A stretch of DNA of 64,000 nt from Patescibacteria group bacterium (GTDB taxonomy: Bacteria; Patescibacteriota; Patescibacteriia; 2-02-FULL-49-11). Made by a program: the position numbers and the translations under genes. The stretch lies in contig JBAZQN010000009.1 of assembly GCA_041645165.1 (NCBI GenBank), positions 4,674 through 68,673 of the forward strand, given 5' to 3'. Positions 9,030-17,097 of the stretch are shown here, in pieces; position 1 is the first letter of the stretch, and the number at the start of each line of letters is the position of its first letter. The notes beneath the pieces are model-generated. The model saw only the letters and a list, made by a program, of their open reading frames with translations. It made no database searches and had not been told where the DNA came from.

Positions 9030-10560
9030 TCTCATTGTTTCAGTATTAATTGGATTAGCCATTACTCTTGGAGTAGTATGGCTCGTTTTTTTGTTTAACG
9101 GGGGAGGAGAGGGCTTGGTATCGCACATTATCACTTTGCAGAGGGGCGCAAGCATAATAAGAATGCCGGCAGTGGCTGGTGCATTTTATCCTGATGCAAA
9201 GGAGGAACTTTCTGCGCAGATCGATTATTTATTAACACAGGCAAGTACTACGCCAATCAGTGAGCATATTCGAATAATGATAGTACCCCATGCAGGATAC
9301 GAGTATTCAGGCGCCGTTGCCGCGTCTGCCTATCGAGCGCTCTCTGCCAACAGAGCAGGAGTGCGCAGTGTGCCTACCATAATCCTCATCGGTTCAGGGC
9401 ATAAGGTGAGTGTGGAAGGAGCGGCTTTTGACAGTCATGACGCATGGCAGACGCCGTTGGGGAAAATACCCGTCAATAAGGAGCTGCGGGATATGCTTGT
9501 GCGTCAGAGTACGCTTTTTCATCTTGATGCAGCAGCTCATAAAGATGAACATTCATTAGAAGTGCAGCTCCCTTTCCTCCAAAAAACCTTTGTACAATTT
9601 GAAATAGTGCCCCTACTCGTGAACAAGGCCACTGAAGAAGAGCAGAATCGTATCAGCGCTGCGCTCGCGTCCCTGCCCGGTGATATAATACTTATCGCCA
9701 GTACTGATCTTTCGCATTATCCCATCTATGAAGACGCCACCGCTGCCGATACAAAAGTGATAGAATCGTTATTAAGCGGGAATGCGGAACAGATGAAGCG
9801 TTCTATAGCGCAATTGGAGACACAGCATATCAGGGAAGCAGTTACCTTTATGTGCGCACAACCTGCGGTTGAAATTGCGCTCAAGGTCGCCCAATTATGG
9901 GGTGCGGATGAACGCCGACTTCTCAAATATGCAAATTCAGGAGATTCTTTTGTGGGTGATAAGTCACGGGTAGTAGGCTATGCCGCAATGACATTTACGA
10001 GCGCGCGCAAAGACAGCGAATTACTCCCTATAGAGCAGGAGCAGTTATTGCGTATTGCACGCACTTCCGTTGAGTCCTATGTGAATACGCAGGTGATCCC
10101 GCAGGTGCAAGATGATTCTTTTTTCCTTAATCAGGAGAGAGGGGCTTTCGTCACGATTAAAAAGAATGATACGCTCCGTGGGTGCATTGGTCAGTTTAAT
10201 CCTGATGCGCCCCTCTACCAACTTGTCTCCCAGATGGCCATAGCCGCAGCAGTGGAGGACCATCGGTTCCTTCCCATAAATCAAGGGGAACTCGGAGAGC
10301 TAACGTATGAAATTTCGATCTTAAGTCCTTTGAGGAAGATTAAGGATTGGCGGGAAATCGAAATTGGAAAACATGGAGTCCGTGTGCGAAAAGGCTCCCG
10401 GGAGGGGATATTTCTTCCACAAGTTGCCACAGAAAACAATTGGGGATTAGGGGAATTTATGGGTGAACTCTGCAGCCAAAAAGTGGGAATGGCAAGTGAT
10501 TGTTGGAAAGACCCTCACGCCGAACTTTATATATTCACTGCACAAGTATTCGGAGAATAG
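9019..10560 (+). CDS. membrane-anchored fusion of a Memo/AmmeMemoRadiSam-system protein B-like domain and an AMMECR1 (protein A-like) domain
   Basis: N-terminal TM helix; Memo signature AGAFYP...IVPHAGYEYSG; C-terminal AMMECR1 signature GAFVTIKKNDTLRGCIGQF...DHRFLP...GIFLPQVATE. Confidence 0.8.
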   Translation: MRNNLIVSVLIGLAITLGVVWLVFLFNGGGEGLVSHIITLQRGASIIRMPAVAGAFYPDAKEELSAQIDYLLTQASTTPISEHIRIMIVPHAGYEYSGAVAASAYRALSANRAGVRSVPTIILIGSGHKVSVEGAAFDSHDAWQTPLGKIPVNKELRDMLVRQSTLFHLDAAAHKDEHSLEVQLPFLQKTFVQFEIVPLLVNKATEEEQNRISAALASLPGDIILIASTDLSHYPIYEDATAADTKVIESLLSGNAEQMKRSIAQLETQHIREAVTFMCAQPAVEIALKVAQLWGADERRLLKYANSGDSFVGDKSRVVGYAAMTFTSARKDSELLPIEQEQLLRIARTSVESYVNTQVIPQVQDDSFFLNQERGAFVTIKKNDTLRGCIGQFNPDAPLYQLVSQMAIAAAVEDHRFLPINQGELGELTYEISILSPLRKIKDWREIEIGKHGVRVRKGSREGIFLPQVATENNWGLGEFMGELCSQKVGMASDCWKDPHAELYIFTAQVFGE

Positions 10561-10611
10561 AAATTATGCTATAGTATTAGTAGGGAAACTATTACTAAGT
10601 TTTCTAATAAT

Positions 10612-10833
10612 ATGTTTTTAAACATACTACTTGCCGCAAACCAGCGCATGATTCTTGCAAGTGAGGGTATCGCGTCAGTAAGCAAAGACGACGAAAAGAT
10701 TGTTTCTTTTTTTGCCATGGCAAGTTCTCCTTATGCGGCAACGATTATTTTGGGTATTTTCGTCATTCTGGTCGTCGCAGTCGCGTATGTATTAGTAGGT
10801 ATTATTCTTTTTACTCTATTTGCGTATCGTTAA
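10612..10833 (+). CDS. small hydrophobic (1-2 TM) protein
   Basis: 73-aa ORF with a long hydrophobic stretch; overlaps the pduL start by 14 nt. Confidence 0.35.
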   Translation: MFLNILLAANQRMILASEGIASVSKDDEKIVSFFAMASSPYAATIILGIFVILVVAVAYVLVGIILFTLFAYR

Positions 10834-11410
10834 TATGAATATCATCCGTGTACCCGTAGAGGTTTCTGCGCGGCATGTGCACTTGAGCCAAAAGGACCTT
10901 GAGCGCCTTTTTGGCAAAGGCTACCATCTCCATGCGGATCATCCGCTTTCGCAACCGGGGCAATTTGCGGCCCGGGAAACGGTGAGTGTCATTAAGGGCA
11001 AGAAAAAGCTAGAGCACATGCGTATCGTAGGGCCGGTTCGGCCCAATTCCCAAGTGGAGCTTGCGCGGACTGATGCGCTGCATCTTGGTTTTGACCCGCA
11101 AGTGCATGTGTCAGGGTCTTTAGCCCATACGCCAAGCATTGTACTCAAAGGACCTCGCGGTTCGGTAAAACTTTTAAAAGGCGTAATTATCCCTCAGCGC
11201 CATATTCATGCATCGCCACTAGCCGCGAAGAAGGCGGGACTAAAAGACCGCGCCATCGTTTCTCTGAAATTGGAAGGCCCGCGCGCGCTTACCTTCCATA
11301 ATGTCATCGTGCGCGTGCACCCCACTTTCTCCTGGCACTGCCACATCGACACGGACGAGGGGAACGCGGCGGGGATAAAAAGGAAAGGGTCTGCGGTAAT
11401 AGTAAAATGA
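10820..11410 (+). CDS. pduL: PduL-type phosphate acyltransferase (phosphate propanoyl/acetyltransferase)
   Basis: Two PduL repeats with the SARHVHL and IHASP motifs; 196 aa. Confidence 0.75.
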   Translation: MRIVNMNIIRVPVEVSARHVHLSQKDLERLFGKGYHLHADHPLSQPGQFAARETVSVIKGKKKLEHMRIVGPVRPNSQVELARTDALHLGFDPQVHVSGSLAHTPSIVLKGPRGSVKLLKGVIIPQRHIHASPLAAKKAGLKDRAIVSLKLEGPRALTFHNVIVRVHPTFSWHCHIDTDEGNAAGIKRKGSAVIVK

Positions 11411-11464
11411 TGATTACTTCGCTTACATGCTAGCTCTTGCTCACAGTTAGAAAAACACTAAACC

Positions 11465-11580
11465 CAAAACTCTAAATCCTAAACAAATCCAAATAACCAA
11501 ATCATCGAAACACGTTTTGAATTTGGTGCTTGTTTAGGATTTCGGATTTATCTGGCTACGCCAGATCTCGCGTAGCGAGA
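11465..11580. repeat. CCAAAT/ATTTGG long-hairpin intergenic element plus a gctacgc..gcgtagc hairpin module
   Basis: aaatcctaaacaa (11477-11489) pairs with ttgtttaggattt (11531-11543); the atttggtgcttg module is shared with 48731-48742. Confidence 0.5.
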
Positions 11581-11604
11581 GAGTTTAGAATTTCCCATTA
11601 ATGT

Positions 11605-12678
11605 ATGGATTCGCTCCTCGTCTTCAACATCGGCTCTTCCTCGATCCGCTATCACCGGTATGCGCACGAGTCGCTCGAGCTCCTCCATGAGGGCCACCAT
11701 GATTTTGCAGCCGACCGCAGTTCTCGCGAGGATTTTATGCGCACGTTCCGCGAGTGCGTGCGTGATATCGGCGACGTGTCGGCGATTAAGGGCATCGGCC
11801 ATAGGGTGGTGCACGGCGGCAGCCGGTTTATATCGCCGGTTGTCGTGAATGCGGATATTTTGGCGGAATTGAAAAATCTGAATCATCTCGCGCCGCTGCA
11901 TAATCCATGGAATATTTTAGGGATAGAAGCGTGCCAAATTTACTTGCAGGGCATACCCAATGTCGCAGTTTTTGACACAGGATTTTTTGCGCACCTTCCC
12001 GCGCTTGCGGCGCGCTACCCGCTGCCCGCAGAATTCAGCGAGTATCGGCGTTTTGGGTTTCACGGTATTTCCCACGCGACCGTCGCAGATTTGTTAAGCC
12101 TACGCTTAAAAAAACCGCAGAAGCAACTTACCTTCATCAGCTGCCATTTGGGAAGCGGTTCGAGCATCGCATTGATTGAAAAAGGGGAGCCGGTTGACAC
12201 CAGCATGGGATATACTCCTCTCGAAGGGCTTGTCATGATGACAAGGAGCGGCGATATAGATCCGGGGATCATATTTGACCTCGTGCAAAAAAAGCTGAAG
12301 GAGGCGCCAACATTGGAAAGGGCGCAGGAAGAGGTGCAGAAGCTGGTCGAAGCATTTTATAAATCATCGGGTTTGAAGGCTTTAAGCGGTTATGCAACAT
12401 TTCTCGACATTCTTGAGCAGAAAAAAATAGGAGTTGAGCAGGCGGTATTCGCATTTGACTATTTCGTGCGGCGGGTAAGGAAGTATATCGGCGCGTACGC
12501 CGCCTTAGTCCCTCGACTTGATGCGATTGCCTTTACGGGTGCGGTAGGGGCAGGGGATTCTGTCACCCGCCAAGCGATCACAAAAAATTTGGGATGCGCG
12601 AAAGGGGTGCCGGTACATGTGTTTCCCCATTCTGAAGAAATAACCATTGCGCGGCAGGTACAAGCTCTCATTGTCTGA
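11605..12678 (+). CDS. ackA: acetate (propionate) kinase
   Basis: N-terminal LVFNIGSSSIRY and HLGSGSS motifs of the ASKHA acetate kinase family; sits immediately after pduL. Confidence 0.85.
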   Translation: MDSLLVFNIGSSSIRYHRYAHESLELLHEGHHDFAADRSSREDFMRTFRECVRDIGDVSAIKGIGHRVVHGGSRFISPVVVNADILAELKNLNHLAPLHNPWNILGIEACQIYLQGIPNVAVFDTGFFAHLPALAARYPLPAEFSEYRRFGFHGISHATVADLLSLRLKKPQKQLTFISCHLGSGSSIALIEKGEPVDTSMGYTPLEGLVMMTRSGDIDPGIIFDLVQKKLKEAPTLERAQEEVQKLVEAFYKSSGLKALSGYATFLDILEQKKIGVEQAVFAFDYFVRRVRKYIGAYAALVPRLDAIAFTGAVGAGDSVTRQAITKNLGCAKGVPVHVFPHSEEITIARQVQALIV

Positions 12679-12776
12679 CTGTTAAATTGTCACATGGTTA
12701 CATGGTTTTATGGGCTTTGTTTATTGTGTAACAGTTTAACAATATAAGGTATAACCATTTAGCCATTTCGATTTTC

Positions 12777-13256
12777 ATGGTAGTTGTTCTTCACAACATC
12801 CGCAGTATGCACAATGTGGGATCCATTTTCCGCACTGCAGATGCGGCAGGCGCAGAGAAGCTCTATTTGTGCGGCATTACCCCGGGACCGCTTGACCGGT
12901 TTCAGCGGCCAAACACACCATTGCTTAAGGTTTCCTTGGGCGCAGAGCGCTCCGTAGTTTGGGAACATGCGCCATCTGCATCACGGCTTATAGGGAGATT
13001 GAAGCGCAATGGGTTCAAGATACTCGCGCTCGAACAGGATCCTTCATCCATTCCCTATATGCGGGTGTCTCTATCTGCTTCACAATGGCAGACAACTGCA
13101 CTGCTTTTAGGTGAAGAGGTGAATGGGTTGCGTCGGGCATTATTAAAGAAAGCGGATAAAATCCTTGAAATTCCCATGCATGGCAAAAAGGAGTCGCTCA
13201 ATGTTTCTGTCGCATTCGGGGTCGTGATATTCCACCTCTTGGCGGGGAGGGGATAG
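12777..13256 (+). CDS. SpoU/TrmH-family RNA 2'-O-methyltransferase (TrmL-like)
   Basis: VLHNIRSMHNVGSIFRTADAAG and the C-terminal knot region ILEIPMHG..SLNVSVA. Confidence 0.8.
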   Translation: MVVVLHNIRSMHNVGSIFRTADAAGAEKLYLCGITPGPLDRFQRPNTPLLKVSLGAERSVVWEHAPSASRLIGRLKRNGFKILALEQDPSSIPYMRVSLSASQWQTTALLLGEEVNGLRRALLKKADKILEIPMHGKKESLNVSVAFGVVIFHLLAGRG

Positions 13257-13415
13257 AGGTAATTTGTCCCCATTTTTAGTGCCCTTTTCCCTCTGGCAGG
13301 GGGTATTTTTTTGTGCTATAATAAAACCAGATGAAAGAGACTAAAAATATAGATTTTTCTGCGAATTTGCCTCTCTATAAATGGCAAGTTTTGCATTATT
13401 TATTACGTCTATTAT

Positions 13416-15584
13416 ATGGTTAAAAAGAGCGCTTCATCGGATTATCAAGCAAGGCACATTACCGTACTCGAGGGTCTTGATCCGGTCCGGAAAAGGCCGG
13501 GCATGTACATCGGGTCAACCGGCGTGGAAGGGCTCCATCATTTGGTATGGGAAGTGGTTGATAACTCGATTGACGAGGCGATGGCCGGATTTTGCACCGA
13601 GATTACCGTCCGGCTGCTCCCGGGGCGCATGGTGGAGGTGAGCGATAATGGCCGCGGCATCCCCGTTGATATCCATAAACAGACGAAAGTATCCGCGCTG
13701 GAAGTGGTGCTCACCAAGCTCCATGCGGGCGGCAAGTTCGGCCAAGGAGGCTATAAAGTATCGGGAGGGCTGCATGGGGTAGGCGTTTCTGTGGTGAATG
13801 CCCTTTCTTCTTACATGAAGGCAGAGGTGAAGAGAGAGGGGAAGTTATGGGAGCAGGAATATGAACGCGGCAAACCCCGCAGGAAAGTGCGTCCCGTGGG
13901 AAGAGCCTCAGGCACCGGCACCATGATTACCTTCGTGCCTGATACGGAAATTTTTGGCGACATTGGTTTTGATTTCCAAACGGTGCTTGACCACCTCCGC
14001 CAACAGGCATATCTCACGAAGGGGGTGAAGATCATTGTGCGGGATGAACGGATGCGCGAAAAGGTTGACGCAAAAATAAAAGAAAAAGAGCCTCACCCGG
14101 AAGAAAAAGAGCCTCTCGCCTTTGATTTCCTCACTTCTTATATCTTTTATTTTGAAGGCGGCATCCGTTCCTATGTGGCCCATTTAAATCACAACCGGAG
14201 CGTGAAGCAGGAGGTGGTGTTTTATATAGAAAAAGAAATTATACCCAACGGGTCAAACGGCGCGCTTGATAAGGAAACCGCACAGAAAGAAACACAGGTT
14301 GTATCTCATGCGCAAAAGTCTGCCACGCCGATCAAGGTGGAGGTTTCCCTTCAGTATACGGATGATTATCGTGAGACCGTCTATGCGTTCGCCAATAATA
14401 TTTACAACCCTGAAGGCGGCACCCACTTGGTGGGATTCCGCGGCGCGCTCACCCGCGTGCTCAATTCATATGCACGGGCGAAAAGTTATTTGAAAGAAAA
14501 AGACGATAATCTTACCGGCGAGGACGTGCGTGAGGGCTTAACCGCAGTCGTATCGGTCAAGGTGCCGGAGCCGCAATTTGAGGGGCAGACAAAAGCAAAG
14601 CTGGGGAATCCGGAGGTGAAGAATGCGGTGGAATCGGTGTTGGGTGATGCACTCGCTTCATTTTTGGAAGAACATCCGCGCGATGCAGAAGAGATTTTGG
14701 AGAAATGCGTCCTGACACAACACGCAAGAGTGGCCGCGCGCGCGGCGCGCGATACCGTGCTGCGCAAGGGGGCGCTCGATGGGCTCACGCTCCCGGGGAA
14801 GCTCGCAGATTGCTCCACTAAGGATTCGCACCATTCTGAATTGTATATTGTAGAGGGAGACTCTGCGGGCGGCAGCGCGAAACAAGGGCGCAATCGGGAG
14901 TACCAGGCCATTCTCCCCTTGAGAGGCAAAATCCTGAATGTGGAACGCGCGCGGCTGGACAAGATGCTGACCAATAATGAATTGAAATCGCTCATCATTG
15001 CTATAGGCACGAATTTTGGCGAAAATTTCAATCTCGCGGACCTTCGGTATGAGCGTATCATTATCATGACTGATGCGGACGTGGACGGCGCGCATATCAG
15101 GACATTACTCTTAACCTTTTTTTACCGTTATTTCAAGGAACTTATTACCACCGGTCATCTTTTTATCGCACAGCCGCCCCTTTATCGCATACAAAAAGGG
15201 AAAGAGTTTTGGTATGCGTATTCTGACCAGGAAAAGGAAAAAGTGCTCTCATCTATAAGGAGCGTTATTCGCGGGAAAGCGGGAGATGCGCAGACAGAAG
15301 CATCCTCAAAAGAAGAGGTGGGGACAGCGCGTGCGGGCGAGATAGATATCGGTGAAAAGGTGGGCGGCGCGGTAATCCAGCGATATAAGGGTTTGGGCGA
15401 AATGAACCCTACGCAGTTGTGGGAGACGACGATGGATCCCGTAAGGCGGTTCATGTACCAAGTAACCGTCGATGATGCGGAAAAAGCGGATAACATTTTT
15501 GACGTACTCATGGGATCTGAAGTTGATCCCCGCAAGCGCTTCATCCAGACCCATGCGAAATTGGTGAAGAATTTGGACGTGTAG
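13416..15584 (+). CDS. gyrB: DNA gyrase subunit B
   Basis: HITVLEGLDPVRKRPGMYIGST and GLHGVGVSVVNALS in the GHKL ATPase domain; Toprim EGDSAGG and PLRGKILN. Confidence 0.95.
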   Translation: MVKKSASSDYQARHITVLEGLDPVRKRPGMYIGSTGVEGLHHLVWEVVDNSIDEAMAGFCTEITVRLLPGRMVEVSDNGRGIPVDIHKQTKVSALEVVLTKLHAGGKFGQGGYKVSGGLHGVGVSVVNALSSYMKAEVKREGKLWEQEYERGKPRRKVRPVGRASGTGTMITFVPDTEIFGDIGFDFQTVLDHLRQQAYLTKGVKIIVRDERMREKVDAKIKEKEPHPEEKEPLAFDFLTSYIFYFEGGIRSYVAHLNHNRSVKQEVVFYIEKEIIPNGSNGALDKETAQKETQVVSHAQKSATPIKVEVSLQYTDDYRETVYAFANNIYNPEGGTHLVGFRGALTRVLNSYARAKSYLKEKDDNLTGEDVREGLTAVVSVKVPEPQFEGQTKAKLGNPEVKNAVESVLGDALASFLEEHPRDAEEILEKCVLTQHARVAARAARDTVLRKGALDGLTLPGKLADCSTKDSHHSELYIVEGDSAGGSAKQGRNREYQAILPLRGKILNVERARLDKMLTNNELKSLIIAIGTNFGENFNLADLRYERIIIMTDADVDGAHIRTLLLTFFYRYFKELITTGHLFIAQPPLYRIQKGKEFWYAYSDQEKEKVLSSIRSVIRGKAGDAQTEASSKEEVGTARAGEIDIGEKVGGAVIQRYKGLGEMNPTQLWETTMDPVRRFMYQVTVDDAEKADNIFDVLMGSEVDPRKRFIQTHAKLVKNLDV

Positions 15585-15616
15585 ATAACTCAAAATTCAA
15601 AGTTCATAAATAGAAA

Positions 15617-15745
15617 ATATGGAGGTCCGACGTTACGTCGGACCGTAAATCCTTTATTTTGATATTTGTCCCGCACCTATTATTAAACTCATTGGCATGC
15701 GGGATCCCGCTTCTGCGGTGACATTTTGGATTTTACATTAAGGTC
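15617..15745. repeat. composite intergenic element, copy A: cgacgttacgtcgg palindrome module plus an about 85-nt hairpin element with a gcgggatcccgc core
   Basis: Shared with 23318-23400 and, inverted, with 31141-31290; perfect 12-nt palindrome gcgggatcccgc. Confidence 0.6.
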
Positions 15746-15747
15746 AT

Positions 15748-16968
15748 ATGCTTTTCCTAAGCACCCTCCGCAACGCTCCTGTCTATGACAGCAGTTTTGC
15801 GCTGGTCGGGAAATATAAGGATATTATCGCTTCTGCGGTCGCTGACCAATATGCTCCCGTGAAATCATTGGTGGTGACGCTTTTAAAAGGAAAGGGAGAG
15901 TTCGTGATCCTTTGGAGCGTCGTCGAGAATGCGAGCAGGGTGGGTATCCACCTTTCCGCCTTATTATCGCGCGTGACGTCTGCGCAAGTAGACCCTACGG
16001 ATATCCGTCTGCGGGAAAAGGTCCTTGATCATCAGATTGTCGATATTACTGGCGCGCGTGTGGTGCGCGTGAATGATTTGCAATTGGGGACCATTGAAGG
16101 CCGCATGTGCGTCATTGCGATTGACGTGAGCCTGAAAGCGCTTTTGAGACGCCTCAACCTTGATTGGGTGGATGTATTTAATATGATACCGGTGAGGCTT
16201 ATTGACTGGAGGCAGGCGAACCTTGTATCCGGATCAGTGCAGGTTGCAGCACTTTCCAAAGACGTGGTGCATATGCACCCCGCAGACATCGCAACGATTG
16301 TGGAAGATTTAAATGTGAACCAAGGGAGCGAACTGGTAAAATCCTTGGATCTCGCAACGGCTGCACGGGTATTTGAAGAAATAGACCCTGAAACGCGGCG
16401 CATCTTAGTGAAAGCGTTGAGTCCCGACAAAGTAGCGCTGATTACCGATAAAATGCCGCTTGATGAAGTCGTTGATCTTTTAAAATCTCTTCCTGCGGCA
16501 ACGAGCGCGGAGCTGCTCTCTCATCTTCAGTCATCGCGCGCTGCCACAGCGGAACGCTTGCTGCAATACTCAAACCATTCCGCGGGAGGGCTCATGACGA
16601 CGGAATTTATTAAGTGCAGTATTTCCTGTACCGTTGCCCAAGTCATAGAAGAAATTAAGAAGCGCTCTTTTACCTTTCGTTTCATCCACTATGTGTATGT
16701 AGTGGATGATGAGAATCATTTCATGGGAGTTGCCTCTTTTCGGAGGCTGATTACGAGCGATCCGAACCAAACCATGCAGGAGGTCATGCGCGACCGTAAG
16801 GGCTTAAAAACATTAAAGCCTGAACAGCCATTGAGAGAGGTTGCGGTTATCATGGCTAAATACAAGCTATTTTCGGCGGCAGTCGTTGATAAAAAAAGGC
16901 AGCTGCTGGGAGTGATAACTCTCGATGACATCATGCGCCAGCTCGTATCGCACATATACGATGTATAA
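15748..16968 (+). CDS. MgtE-N plus tandem-CBS cytosolic protein with no membrane domain
   Basis: MgtE N-terminal region (HPADIATIVEDL..) followed by a CBS pair; ends before any TM segment. Confidence 0.8.
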   Translation: MLFLSTLRNAPVYDSSFALVGKYKDIIASAVADQYAPVKSLVVTLLKGKGEFVILWSVVENASRVGIHLSALLSRVTSAQVDPTDIRLREKVLDHQIVDITGARVVRVNDLQLGTIEGRMCVIAIDVSLKALLRRLNLDWVDVFNMIPVRLIDWRQANLVSGSVQVAALSKDVVHMHPADIATIVEDLNVNQGSELVKSLDLATAARVFEEIDPETRRILVKALSPDKVALITDKMPLDEVVDLLKSLPAATSAELLSHLQSSRAATAERLLQYSNHSAGGLMTTEFIKCSISCTVAQVIEEIKKRSFTFRFIHYVYVVDDENHFMGVASFRRLITSDPNQTMQEVMRDRKGLKTLKPEQPLREVAVIMAKYKLFSAAVVDKKRQLLGVITLDDIMRQLVSHIYDV

Positions 16969-17097
16969 TTAGACAGTAGAAGTATAATTTTCAGAGCCGT
17001 TTCAGTGTATGTTTCGGTGTGCATTCAGTGTAAAAAGCTTCTCTCGCGGAAAAACCTGAATCTTACACGGAAATATACTGAATTGTTCTATAATCTC

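Noticed and set aside
13515-15593. Multiple 60-190-aa minus-strand ORFs inside gyrB (for example 14486-15067, 14658-15095)
   Set aside because: They are contained within a high-confidence essential gene on the opposite strand and have an Arg/Ser-rich composition typical of antisense frames.
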